From: Macrostomum lignano | Taxonomy: Eukaryota | Assembly: GCA_002269645.1 (NCBI GenBank) | Contig: NIVC01000555.1 | Location: forward strand, 56,556-120,555 | Reading direction: 5' to 3' | DNA: 64,000 nucleotides | Part shown: piece after piece, positions 36,201-49,000 of the stretch | Numbering within the stretch: the first letter of the stretch is position 1 | How the letters are laid out: the number at the start of each line of letters is the position of its first letter | Position numbers and translations under genes: made by a program | Notes under the pieces: generated by a model | Databases searched by the model: none | The model's input: the letters and a program-made list of their open reading frames with translations, nothing else | What the model was told of the DNA's origin: nothing

Positions 36201-37328
36201 CACTCAGACCAAGGAAGGAACTTTGAGTCGGGGATCGTCAGGAAGCTGTGCGAGCTGTTGGGTGTGAAGAAGACCAGGACGAGCGCCTACCACCCAGTGG
36301 CAACGGACAGGTGGAACGATTTAATGGGTTCCTGAAGAACAGTTTGCGCTCGTATCTGGTACAGAAGGGTCAGAACGCCTGGGAGGAGTACCTGCAAGTG
36401 CATTGATGGCTTATCGATCGACGGTCCAGGCGTCCACCGGTTACACGCCCTACTACATGCTGCATGGTCAGGAGATGCCGCTGGGATTCGAACCAGAGGA
36501 CCTTAGGCGAAAGACGGACAGCTATCCCTTGTTTGTGCAAGAGATTCAGCAGAACCTGCTTCATGCCCATGAACACGTTCGAGAAGGGCGCGAGACGGTT
36601 CAGCGACGCCAGAAAATGAACTACGATCGGAAAGTGAAGGGCAAGCGATTCAGAAGGGCGACTCTGTCTTGCTGTACTATCCGTGCTTGGAGATGGGAGA
36701 GAAAAGCAAATTCCATATCAACTGGCGCGGCCCAGTGAAGGTCCTGGAGAAGCTGTCAGATGCGTTGTATCGAGTGCAGGATCCGACACAGCCGCAGAAG
36801 ACCAAGGTGGTGCACTTCAACAATCTCCGGCCGGTTCAGGTTCAGACGGAGGCGGCAGACGGTCAAGAGACAAGAGAGGAAATTGGGAGGGCCAGTTCGA
36901 GAAAAACCAGACCGCGACGCGGTAACTCCGCTGCTGGACGAAGCCGAAGGCAGAGAGTGCAACGGGGCGAGACCCAGAGGTGGACCGCAGCGCGAGGGCC
37001 GCAGGACCAGGAATCCGAGCAGGAAGATGAAGAGTTTGAAGATCTTCAGCTGCGGTTTCAAGATCCAAGAGATCACGCTCCGCCGGACACCCGAAATCTG
37101 GCCGAGGACCGTGAGCCCGGACCTGAGCGTCCAGAAGCAGACGATGACGAAGAAGAGCACTTTGATGAGGCGCGGTACGACGAGGAGCAAAACGAAGAGG
37201 ATGAGGCAGAGCCGAACGACGCCAACGTACCCGAGCAAGAAGTGAGGACGGCACAGGAGGAAGCAGGGCGACCAAGACGTCTGCGGCGACCGCCGGATCG
37301 GTTTGGGGTCCCGGTGTACTACTACTGA
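33141..37328 (+). CDS. Pol (PR-RT-RH-IN), split by several 1-nt deletions
   Basis: LLDSGAS (protease), YLDD (RT), LDTDGS...ELLAVV (RNase H), HGGRSGGHVG...CLDC (integrase Zn finger), VQDAFSKW/HSDQGRNF (DDE), WRGPVKV (GPY/F); acidic tail ending RRPPDRFGVPVYYY*. Confidence 0.93.
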
Positions 37329-37427
37329 AGAAGGGTCCGGTGTACGGCGCTTGGATAGCCAAAGGGGAAGGGAGGTACATGTCGTGCGTGTCTCATTGCT
37401 CATCGGAGTTAGGCCGGACTGTTACAG

Positions 37428-37847
37428 ATGGCGGACCTCTACGAGTGTCTTGGAGTGCAGCTGTGGGCGTCTGCGGCACAGATTCGGAAAGCGTTCTACG
37501 GTCGAGCACGCGAACTGCACCCTGACAAGAGCGCAACAGAGGAGACGCGGAAGAGATTCCAGGAGTGCGAAGAGGCGTACCGAATACTGTCGTGTCCGTT
37601 CCTTAGAAAGCTGTACGATATCTTTGGAAATGCTGTTCGTGACCGGGATGAGATGCTTCGGCTCGCAGAAGGGATGTTAGAGGATGAAGACATGCCCGAC
37701 GATCTCCGAGAAGAGATAGAAAGACTACAAGAGAGCGACCGATTAGCTGAGGAGGCGTACGAGAGAGAACAGGCGAGGAGGGATGAGGAGCACGTCAAGA
37801 TGGAGGCAAGTGAGGAGGCCTCAGACGATGAGCGGACGAAGAGATGA
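37428..37847 (+). CDS. DnaJ J-domain ORF inside the LTR element (probably the N-terminal half of a J-chromo fusion)
   Basis: DLYECLGV...AQIRKAFYGRARELHPDK...RFQECEEAYRILS...RKLYD, with the HPD tripeptide intact; followed by an acidic helical linker. Confidence 0.9.
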   Translation: MADLYECLGVQLWASAAQIRKAFYGRARELHPDKSATEETRKRFQECEEAYRILSCPFLRKLYDIFGNAVRDRDEMLRLAEGMLEDEDMPDDLREEIERLQESDRLAEEAYEREQARRDEEHVKMEASEEASDDERTKR

Positions 37848-38413
37848 ACGAGGCGAGTGAGACACTGCCGGAGGAGTACGAGGTCGAGAAGGTCTTAGGA
37901 GTACGAGTTACGGAGCGAGGAGCGGAGTATCTGCTGCAGTGGGCCGGTGTAGAGGAGCTTGAGACGTCATGGGAAGCGGAGGAAGATTGTGCCGGATGTA
38001 GAAACCTGATTGAAGAATATCTGCAGAGAGCGTACCGGCTTCAGACAAGACCGTGCCGACCAGTGACCGTCGCGGAACTGGAGAACGTAGGACCCAGTCG
38101 GAAGAAACTGCACCAGGCAATGCGGAAGGGCGACCCGTGGGGCATCTTTGAGGTGCTGCTAGCCCTGAAGGGGAAGTGCGCCACTGCCTTGGTGGATTTC
38201 AAGGAATTCGGTCCGGAGTTGATGCTGCAGATCCTGGGCTACTTGGAGCGAGACGGTCGCAAGTATCCGGGGCACGGAGTTCGTCGGTGGAGTCGCCAAG
38301 CGTGTCAAGCTGTCTACATGTCGGTGATGGTGGTGTTCCCGCTGTTTGACCTGCGACGCCAGGGTTTGGTCCTGGGTGCCCTCCGTAGGCTGTGGGATTC
38401 GTGCTCTGACTGA
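37844..38413 (+). CDS. Chromodomain ORF with unknown C-terminal domain, inside the LTR element
   Basis: EEYEVEKVLGVR...EYLLQWAGVEELETSWEAEEDC..CRNLIEEY matches the HP1/Polycomb chromodomain pattern. Confidence 0.88.
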   Translation: MNEASETLPEEYEVEKVLGVRVTERGAEYLLQWAGVEELETSWEAEEDCAGCRNLIEEYLQRAYRLQTRPCRPVTVAELENVGPSRKKLHQAMRKGDPWGIFEVLLALKGKCATALVDFKEFGPELMLQILGYLERDGRKYPGHGVRRWSRQACQAVYMSVMVVFPLFDLRRQGLVLGALRRLWDSCSD

Positions 38414-38829
38414 GGCTATGTCTTCCTAGGGACTTTGGGGCTAGGGACTTTGCAGTGCAGACCCAGGGACAGCGGAGCGGAGGTGGACCGGCCTTAACGG
38501 GTGCTGACGGAGCGACACGGCTGTGCAGCAACCGCAGGACTCGACGACCAGCGCAGAGCGACCAGAGCAACCGGCGACAGTAGCGACAGGGAGACGAGGC
38601 ACCAGAGCGACGGCCGTACTCGGCGGGATGCAGGGAAGCAGTGCTAGTATTACTTGTGAGGGTAAATGTTTGACGGTTTCATTTTTTTGTTTTTTGTTCG
38701 AACTAGTTGCCATGCGAGTCCAAAATATTTTTCAAATGCGGTTTGTTCCTCTGTTCAATTTTTTTGTTATAGTAGCATCATTTCAATATTCGACTTTTCG
38801 AACTCGAACTTTTGTCTAGGGGGAGGGAG

Positions 38830-39660
38830 TGTCATGAATGTGTTATGACAATGTGCTCTTTGCTTAGTTGCTGCACCGGGCCAGTGGGCCGTCCTCTCCC
38901 CCTCCCCCCTCCTTAGATATTTTCTGACTCACTCACCTGCACTTCTGCGCGTGCGTACCCCTCCCCTCCCTGCCTAGACCTTTTCTGTTGAGTCAACCCC
39001 CCCATGCTCTGCGTGCGACCCCCCCTGTGCGACCCCGCCCCATTTTTGTTAGCTTTGCTGCCCCGCCCCTGTTTGTGATTGGCTGCCAGTCCCAGTCTGC
39101 CGTGCTGCGCCCCGGCGATTGGCTGGTACAGCTCATGCGTTGCCTTGGCTGATGTCTAAGTCCCCTTTTCTGCCTTTATCCCGCGCCCTCGACCCCCAGT
39201 TTGCTGCCTATTTTTTCGGCCCCCTTGAGACCCCATTCTCGTCGTCTTCGTGGCTCCTCGGCGATTGTGCCAGTGTTGGTTGCTGAATTGCTATTCCTCG
39301 CAGAATTGCTAGACAAATATATAAGTAAAGAATATCGAGATCACCACTGCTCTGACGGCGCTGTTTCTTGTACGACTGAAATCGCGGCTGGTAAGCCTTC
39401 CAATTTGTACGTCATTTGGGTCTGCATCTGTACTAGGCACCTTAGAGGGATTAAGTGCGTCGTACGCCGGTCCCACCCCAAGCAGCTCTGCGTCGTACGC
39501 GAGTCTGTAGGCTGTCGTGCGTCGTACGCTCGAGCAGCCTAGTCCCGACGGACACCGCGTCGTACGCGTGTCAGTGGAGGACCGCAGCCAGGGTCAGTAC
39601 ACGAACCCGGGTCTGGGAAAGGGGCACGAAAGGACCGAGCCCTTGAGCCCCATCATCACA
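38830..39660 (+). repeat. 3' LTR of gypsy element 2
   Basis: Direct repeat of 31177-32007, preceded by the PPT. Confidence 0.97.
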
Positions 39661-39900
39661 CCTGTCTTTATCTCTTACCTGTCCTGTCGCTTACCTGTCT
39701 TTATCTCTTACCTGTCCTGTCGCTTACCTGTCTTTATCTCTTATCTGTCCTGTCGCTTACCTGTTCTTATCTCCTACCTGTTCTTATCTTTTCAGGTATA
39801 TTTATTTTACCTGTCCTACCTGCTATTTCTTACCTGTTTATCTGTGAATCTCCTACCTGCTCATCTTTCTTATCTTATCACTTTACAAGGCCTAATTCTT
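39661..39900. repeat. 33-bp degenerate tandem repeat (CCTGTCTTTATCTCTTACCTGTCCTGTCGCTTA)
   Basis: About 3 good copies, then decay. Confidence 0.8.
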
Positions 39901-40581
39901 TAATTCGTTGATAGAGGCTCCCAAATTAAATATCGTTTGTCGTCATATGCCATTATTTTATATAAGCATGCTTAAGCATCTTGCAAAACTTTCAAATCCC
40001 CTTACGATTATGAAGTCATTAAATATCCTCATTTCACTCTGCCTTTTCTCGCCAACAGCTTGCACTAATAGCATATGAGCACTATCAAGCTCAGCGAGTG
40101 TCCCTATCCCTATAGTAATAAAGCAATTATTATAATTCTTTCGACAGAAGTTAAATCGACGTCACAGCTGGATAATTTTCCGAGAGTTGCATTTTGGCCA
40201 ATTTTGGCGCGAAGCATGAAAACCATCTGCCGAGTCTCCTATATTGAGCATAGCAACCAAATTCTGTGAAATCGAACTGCATTCACTTTAAGAAAATTAA
40301 TAGAAATCTTTCAGTTTTTTTTAATCTGCGAAGCAATTTTCTGGCGCTAAGAAATTCCACATACGGTGCACAGATGCGAATTATGAAATTGTGTGATTTT
40401 CTACATCGCATGCGTAATATCGGTGATAATTGTCGAAATTCATTGTTGATAAGGTCGCTAATTTTGGTTGCTAAATGGTTAATGCATTTGTTTCATGCAT
40501 GGGGAAATTGGTTCGCTCAGGTCAGGTGACTGCTGAGGCAGGATTTTGATTTCATGTTTAACAATATGCGGGGCCTGTGGT

Positions 40582-40800
40582 ATGGCAGAGACGGGGAGAG
40601 ATGGGGAGAGATGGGGAGAGATGGGGAGAGATGGGGAGAGATGGGGAGAGATGGGGAGAGATGGGGAGAGATGGGGAGAGATGGGGAGAGGAGATGGTTA
40701 GAGATGGGGAGAGTTGAGGAGAGATGGGGAGAGATGGGAAGAAATGGGGAGAAATGAGGAGATGGAGAGAGGAGATGGAGAGAGGAGACTGGAGATGTTG
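40582..40800. repeat. 10-bp purine repeat (GATGGGGAGA)n
   Basis: Direct reading. Confidence 0.92.
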
Positions 40801-41734
40801 AGAGAGGATGAGAGGCAACAGAGACAGGGAGAGAATATGAGGAGGGAAGGCATGCCGCAAAAGATTAAAGAGACCCAGCATTAAAGATGCAATCAAAGCA
40901 GACAGATACTGGTATAAGAAATATGAACATGAATCGCGTCACAATATAGATACTCGTTTATAGGCATCAGAGATATGTCTCAGTGCTTCCCAGCGAAACC
41001 TGTAATCAATTCTAGGTGAACACAGGCTCGGCTCCAGTCCGCACTGTTTGAGAAATCTTTACGATTTCGTAGAATAGAGAATAAACTTCTGCTTTGATTT
41101 ACTTAGAAAAAAGGAGAAAAAAGCAGATGGGGGCAAGCCAGGGGGTATCGCAGTGAGCGCAGAGGCCTGGCAGCCGCGGGTCTCTAAGCCTGTAATAACA
41201 GGGGGATTTTAGCTCAGCCATGGGCAGTTATTCCGCTTGAGTTGCAGCCATTGCGTCACTACAATATTACTCTGCCATGGGCCTTCATGCCTCATCTCAG
41301 AGCGCTACTAAAGCTCAGCCTCCTCGAGAACCGCGATATCGAAGATCTCGGGCTTTCTTCCTCAATACGGGGAACCCGCGCGTGTCTTCGTCCGCCCCCT
41401 CCTCCTCCCCGCGGGTGGGGGTGCTGGATGAGGGCTTCGGACCCCCCCCCACCGAGGAGACGCTTGACTTGGCTTCCACACCGCCTCAGGTTCTCAAAAT
41501 CGGGATGCGGCTAGCGCTGGGCGGGTCCAGGATCGCCCTCCGGTGTCGAATTCCCCTCGATGGGGATAAGAGGAGGAAAGGAGGCGATGGGAGCCGATCA
41601 AAAACCCGGATGGTCCTCCATCTGGTGGCCCTCGCGACCCTGTAGGCGAAAAATGAATCATGCTGGTCTCTGAATTTGTCTTGGGCATCATATTTTTATT
41701 GGGCACAAGTCAGATGATATATTGTGATAGAAAA

Positions 41735-42440
41735 AGAGAAACAGGGAGAGAGACAGGGAGAGAGACAGGGAGAGAGGCAGGGAGAGAGACAGGGAGAGAG
41801 ACAGGCAGAGAGGGAGACAGGGAGAGAGACAGGGAGAGAGACAGGGAGAGAGACAGGGAAAGAGACAGGGAGAGAGACAGGGAGAGAGACAGGCAGAGAG
41901 AGAGACAGGGAGAGAGACAGGGAGAGAGACAGGCAGAGAGGGAGACAGGGAGAGAGACAGGGAGAGAGACAGGGAGAGAGACAGGGAGAGAGACAGGGAG
42001 AGAGACAGGGAGAGAGACAGGGAGAGAGACAGGGAGAGAGACAGGGAGAGAGACAGGGAGAGAGACAGGGAGAGAGACAGGGAGAGAGACAGAGAGAGAG
42101 ACAGGGAGAGAGAGGGAGAGAGACAGGGAGAAAGACAAGGAGAGAGACAGGGAGAGAGACAGGGAGAGAGACAGGGAGAGAGACAGGGAGAGAGACAGGG
42201 AGAGAGAGGGAGAGAGACAGGGAGAAAGACAAGGAGAGAGACAGGGAGAGAGACAGGGAGAGAGACAGGGAGAGAGACAGGGAGAGAGACAGGGAGAGAG
42301 ACAGGGAGAGAGACAGGGAGAGAGACAGGGAGAGAGACAGGGAGAGAGACAGGGAGAGAGACAGGGAGAGAGACAGGGAGAGAGACAGGGAGAGAGACAG
42401 GGAGAGAGACAGGGAGAGAGACAGGGAGAGAGACAGGGAG
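41735..42440. repeat. 12-bp purine repeat (ACAGGGAGAGAG)n
   Basis: Direct reading. Confidence 0.95.
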
Positions 42441-43069
42441 TGAGGTTAAGAGACATAAATTGCCCTGAGACGAGGTCTGACAAAAGATAGTGCTTAACTT
42501 TAAATAAATGAAAAAGATTCCAGACTCTGAAGAAATGGAAAGCCATTTTTGGAGGGCCACGTGAGCGAGACTTTCCGAACCGAAATTCGACGCGTGAGGT
42601 GCGAATCTCAGCGCGAGGGTGTTGAGCCGGGCACGAGAGGCAGGTGGACAAATAAAATCGAGAATTCGAGTGCCCCCCTTACGCGTGCTTTTTTATTTCG
42701 TTAGTTCGTTACACTCCCGCCCCACGTAAATGTGTTAAGCCGCTGGTCCAGGGGGCACTTGACTCTCGGGCATACCAGCCTCCCCACAAATAGGGTCTCA
42801 AAGAATTAGCAGCCACAAGCTTTCAGCTATCTCTTGCAGAGGAATCTAGCGAAAGTAATTGGCATCTGCTAAGCCATCTGTGCCTGTGCGACTGCTAACT
42901 TGATTTGCCAATAGAGTGCAAAGTCTGTTGGCAAATATGAGTCTAATATGCCATAATTACCCGGATAAGTCCGCTGTTTACCCTGGGGTGATGAGCAATG
43001 TGCACGCAGCTGAAATGCTTGCAATTTTGTTCCAGAATCGATCATGGCGCTCAACGGAGCATCTGGGCA

Positions 43070-46000
43070 TGGATGGCGCTAAACTGTTTATTGATGGCGC
43101 TTAACTGTTTATTGATGACGCTAAACTGTTTATTGATGGCGCTAAACTGTTTATTGATGGCGCTAAACTGTTTATTGATGGCGCTTAACTGTTTATTGAT
43201 GACGCTAAACTGTTTATTGATGACGCTAAACTGTTTATTGATGGCGCTAAACTGTTGATTGATGGCGCTATACTGTTTATTGATGACGCTTAACTGTTTA
43301 TTGATGGCGCTAAACTGTTTATTGATGGCGCTTAACTGTTTATTGATGACGCTAAACTGTTTATTGATGGCACTAAACTGTTTATTGATTACGCTCAACT
43401 GTTTATTGATGACGCTCAACTGTTTATTGATGACGCTATACTGTTTATTGATGACGCTATACTGTTTATTGATGGCGCTAAACTGTTTATTGATGACGCT
43501 TAACTGTATATTGATGGCGCTAAACTGTTTATTGATGACGCTTAACTGTTTATTGATGGCGATAAACTGTTTATTGATGGCGCCTAACTGTTTATTGATG
43601 ACGCTAAACTGTTTATTGATGGCGCTTAACTGTTTATTGATGACGCTAAACTGTTTATTGATGACGCTAAACTGTTTATTGATGACGCTAAACTGTATAT
43701 TGATGGCGCTTAACTGTTTATTGATGACGCTAAACTGTTTATTGATGGCGCTAAACTGTTTATTGATGACGCTAAACTGTTTATTGATGGCGATAAACTG
43801 TTTATTGATGGCGCTAAACTGTTTATTGATGACGCTAAACTGTTTATTGATGACGCTAAACTGTTTATTGATGGCGCTTAACTGTTTATTGATGACGCTA
43901 AACTGTTTATTGATGGCGCTAAACTGTTTATTGATGACGCTTAACTGTTTATTGATGACGCTCAACTGTTTATTGATGACGCTATACTGTTTATTGATGA
44001 CGCTATACTGTTTATTGATGGCGCTAAACTGTTTATTGATGACGCTAAACTGTTTATTGATGGCGCTAAACTGTTTATTGATGACGCTTAACTGTTTATT
44101 GATGACGCTCAACTGTTTATTGATGACGCTATACTGTTTATTGATGGCGATAAACTGTTTATTGATGGCGCTAAACTGTTTATTGATGACGCTAAACTGT
44201 TTATTGATGACGCTAAACTGTTTATTGATGGCGCTTAACTGTTTATTGATGACGCTAAACTGTTTATTGATGGCGCTAAACTGTTTATTGATGACGCTTA
44301 ACTGTTTATTGATGACGCTCAACAGTTTATTGATGACGCTATACTGTTTATTGATGGCGCTTAACTGTTTATTGATGACGCTATACTGTTTATTGATGGC
44401 GCTAAACTGTTTATTGATGACGCCTAACTGTTTATTGATGGCGATAAACTGTTTATTGATGGCGCTAAACTGTTTATTGATGACGCTAAACTGTTTATTG
44501 ATGACGCTAAACTGTTTATTGATGGCGCTTAACTGTTTATTGATGACGCTAAACTGTTTATTGATGGCGCTAAACTGTTTATTGATGACGCTTAACTGTT
44601 TATTGATGACGCTCAACTGTTTATTGATGACGCTATACTGTTTATTGATGACGCTATACTGTTTATTGATGGCGCTAAACTGTTTATTGATGACGCTTAA
44701 CTGTTTATTGATGACGCTAAACTGTTTATTGATGACGCTAAACTGTTTATTGATGGCGCTTAACTGTTTATTGATGACGCTAAACTGTTTATTGATGGCG
44801 CTAAACTGTTTATTGATGGCGCTAAACTGTTTATTGATGACGCTTAACTGTTTATTGATGACGCTCAACTGTTTATTGATGACGCTATACTGTTTATTGA
44901 TGACGCTTAACTGTATATTGATGGCGATAAACTGTTTATTGATGGCGCTAAACTGTTTATTGATGACGCTAAACTGTTTATTGATGACGCTAAACTGTTT
45001 ATTGATGGCGCTTAACTGTTTATTGATGACGCTAAACTGTTTATTGATGGCGCTAAACTGTTTATTGATGACGCTTAACTGTTTATTGATGACGCTCAAC
45101 AGTTTATTGATGACGCTATACTGTTTATTGATGGCGCTTAACTGTTTATTGATGACGCTATACTGTTTATTGATGGCGCTAAACTGTTTATTGATGACGC
45201 CTAACTGTTTATTGATGGCGATAAACTGTTTATTGATGGCGCTAAACTGTTTGTTGATGACGCTAAACTGTTTATTGATGACGCTAAACTGTTTATTGAT
45301 GGCGCTTAACTGTTTATTGATGACGCTAAACTGTTTATTGATGGCGCTAAACTGTTTATTGATGGCGCTAAACTGTTTATTGATGACGCTCAACTGTTTA
45401 TTGATGACGCTATACTGTTTATTGATGACGCTATACTGTTTATTGATGGCGCTAAACTGTTTATTGATGACGCTTAACTGTATATTGATGGCGCTAAACT
45501 GTTTATTGATGACGCTTAACTGTTTATTGATGGCGATAAACTGTTTATTGATGGCGCTAAACTGTTTATTGATGGAGCTTAACAGTTTATTGGTGGAGCT
45601 AAACTGTTTATTGATAGAGAAAAATTGTTTATTTATAGAGGCAACCTGCTTATTGATAAGAAATAAACTGTTTATCCATGATGCAAAACTGTTTATTAAT
45701 GGAGTTAAACTGTTTATTGATGGCGCTAAAATGTTTATTGGTGGAGCTAAACTGTTTATTGGTCAAGCTAAATTGTTTATTGGTGGAGCTAAACTGTTTA
45801 TTGATGACGCTTAACTGTTTATTGATGGCGATAAACAGTTTATTGATGGCGCCTAACTGTTTATTGATGACGCTAAACTGTTTATTGATGGCGCTTAACT
45901 GTTTATTGATGACGCTAAACTGTATATTGATGGCGCTAAACTGTTTATTGATGACGCTTAACTGTTTATTGATGGCGATAAACTGTTTATTGATGGCGCC

Positions 46001-49000
46001 TAACTGTTTATTGATGACGCTAAACTGTTTATTGATGGCGCTTAACTGTTTATTGATGACGCTAAACTGTTTATTGATGACGCTAAACTGTTTATTGATG
46101 ACGCTAAACTGTTTATTGATGGCGCTAAACTGTTTATTGATGACGCTAAACTTTTTATTGATGGCGCTAAACTGTTTATTGATGACGCTTAACTGTTTAT
46201 TGATGACGCTTAACTGTTTATTGATGACGCTAAACTGCTTATTGATGACGCTTAACTGTATATTGATGGCGCTAAACTGTTTATTGATGACGCTTAACTG
46301 TTTATTGATGGCGATAAACTGTTTATTGATGGCGCTAAACTGTTTATTGATGGAGCTTAACAGTTTATTGGTGGAGCTAAACTGTTTATTGATAGAGAAA
46401 AATTGTTTATTTATAGAGGCAACCTGCTTATTGATAAGAAATAAACTGTTTATCCATGATGCAAAACTGTTTATTAATGGAGTTAAACTGTTTATTGATG
46501 GCGCTAAAATGTTTATTGGTGGAGCTAAACTGTTTATTGGTCGAGCTAAATTGTTTATTGGTGGAGCTAAACTGTTTATTAGTGGAGCTAAATTGTTTAT
46601 TGGTGGAGCTGAATTGTTTATTGGTGGAGCTAAATTGTTTATTGGTGGAGCTAAATTGTTTATTGGTGGAACTGAATTGTTTATTGATGACGCTAAACTG
46701 TTTATTGATGGCGCTTAACTGTTTATTGATGACGCTAAACTTTTTATTGATGGCGCTAAACTGTTTATTGATGACGCTTAACTGTTTATTGATGACGCTT
46801 AACTGTTTATTGATGACGCTAAACTGCTTATTGATGACGCTTAACTGTATATTGATGGCGCTAAACTGTTTATTGATGACGCTTAACTGTTTATTGATGG
46901 CGATAAACTGTTTATTGATGGCGCTAAACTGTTTATTGATGGAGCTTAACAGTTTATTGGTGGAGCTAAACTGTTTATTGATAGAGAAAAATTGTTTATT
47001 TATAGAGGCAACCTGCTTATTGATAAGAAATAAACTGTTTATCCATGATGCAAAACTGTTTATTAATGGAGTTAAACTGTTTATTGATGGCGCTAAAATG
47101 TTTATTGGTGGAGCTAAACTGTTTATTGGTCGAGCTAAATTGTTTATTGGTGGAGCTAAACTGTTTATTAGTGGAGCTGAATTGTTTATTGGTGGAGCTG
47201 AATTGTTTATTGGTGGAGCTAAACTGTTTATTGATGACGCTAAACTGTTTATTGATGGCGCTAAACTGTATATTGATGGCGCTAAACTGTTTATTGATGA
47301 CGCTTAACTGTTTATTGATGGCGATAAACTGTTTATTGATGGCGCTTAACTGTTTATTGATGACGCTAAACTGTTTATTGATGGCGCTAAACTGTTTATT
47401 GATGGCGCTTAACTGTTTATTGATGACGCTAAACTGTTTATTGATGGCGCTAAACTGTTTATTGATGACGCTTAACTGTTTATTGATGGCGATAAACTGT
47501 TTATTGATGGCGCTAAACTGTTTATTGATGGAGCTTAACAGTTTATTGGTGGAGCCAAACTGTTTATTGATAGAGAAAAATTGTTTATTTATAGAGGCAA
47601 CCTGCTTATTGATAAGAAATAAACTGTTTATCCATGATGCAAAACTGTTTATTAATGGAGTTAAACTGTTTATTGATGGCGCTAAAATGTTTATTGGTGG
47701 AGCTAAACTGTTTATTGGTCGAGCTAAATTGTTTATTGGTGGAGCTAAACTGTTTATTAGTGGAGCTAAATTGTTTATTGGTGGAGCTGAATTGTTTATT
47801 GGTGGAGCTGAATTGTTTATTGGTGGAGCTAAATTGTTTATTGGTGGAACTGAATTGTTTATTGATGACGCTAAACTGTTTATTGATGGCGCTTAACTGT
47901 TTATTGATGGCGCTAAACTGTTTATTGATGACGCCTAACTGTTTATTGATGGCGATAAACTGTTTATTGATGGCGCTAAACTGTTTATTGATGACGCTTA
48001 ACTGTTTATTGATGACGCTATACTGTTTATTGATGACGCTATACTGTTTATTGATGGCGCTAAACTGTTTATTGATGACGCTTAACTGTATATTGATGGA
48101 GCTAAACTGTTTATTGATGACGCTTAACTGTTTATTGATGGCGCTAAACTGTTTATTGATGACGCTTAACTGTATATTGATGGCGCTAAACTGTTTATTG
48201 ATGACGCTTAACTGTTTATTGATGGCGCTTAACTGTTTATTGATCACGCTAAACTGTATATTGATGGCGCTAAACTGTTTATTGATGACGCCTAACTGTT
48301 TATTGATGGCGATAAACTGTTTATTGATGACGCTAAACTGTTTATTGATGGCGCTAAACTGTTTATTGATGACGCTAAATTGTTTATTGATGACGCTCAA
48401 CTGTTTATTGATGACGCTATACTGTTTATTGATGACGCTATACTGTTTATTGATGGCGCTAAACTGTTTATTGATGACGCTTAACTGTATATTGATGGCG
48501 CTAAACTGTTTATTGATGACGCTTAACTGTTTATTGATGGCGATAAACTGTTTATTGATGGCGCTAAACTGTTTATTGATGGAGCTTAACAGTTTATTGG
48601 TGGAGCTAAACTGTTTATTGATAGAGAAAAATTGTTTATTTATAGAGGCAACCTGCTTATTGATAAGAAATAAACTGTTTATCCATGATGCAAAACTGTT
48701 TATTAATGGAGTTAAACTGTTTATTGATGGCGCTAAAATGTTTATTGGTGGAGCTAAACTGTTTATTGGTCGAGCTAAATTGTTTATTGGTGGAGCTAAA
48801 CTGTTTATTAGTGGAGCTAAATTGTTTATTGGTGGAGCTGAATTGTTTATTGGTGGAGCTAAATTGTTTATTGGTGGAGCTAAATTGTTTATTGGTGGAG
48901 CTAAACTGTTTATTAGTGGAGCTAAATTGTTTATTGGTGGAACTGAATTGTTTATTGGTGGAGCTGAATTGTTTATTGGTGGAGCTGAATTGTTTATTGG

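Larger units (their letters stand above)
31177..39660 (+). mobile_element. Full-length young Ty3/gypsy LTR retrotransposon with an extra J-domain/chromodomain region
   Basis: 831-bp TG...CA LTRs at 31177-32007 and 38830-39660; 4-bp TSD CCTG (31173-31176, 39661-39664); PBS-like TGGCATCCTTGGTGGGA from 32011; PPT AGGGGGAGGGAG at 38818-38829. Confidence 0.98.

Noticed and set aside
37329-37427. Chromodomain as an integrase extension (chromovirus) via read-through
   Set aside because: Pol ends at TGA 37326-37328, a second in-frame TAG follows ten codons later, and the J-domain lies in between.
37428-38413. Bacterial operon or contamination suggested by the ATGA overlap and DnaJ
   Set aside because: The region is enclosed by matching LTRs with TSD, PBS and PPT; the chromodomain is eukaryotic-type; a one-base correction fuses the ORFs.
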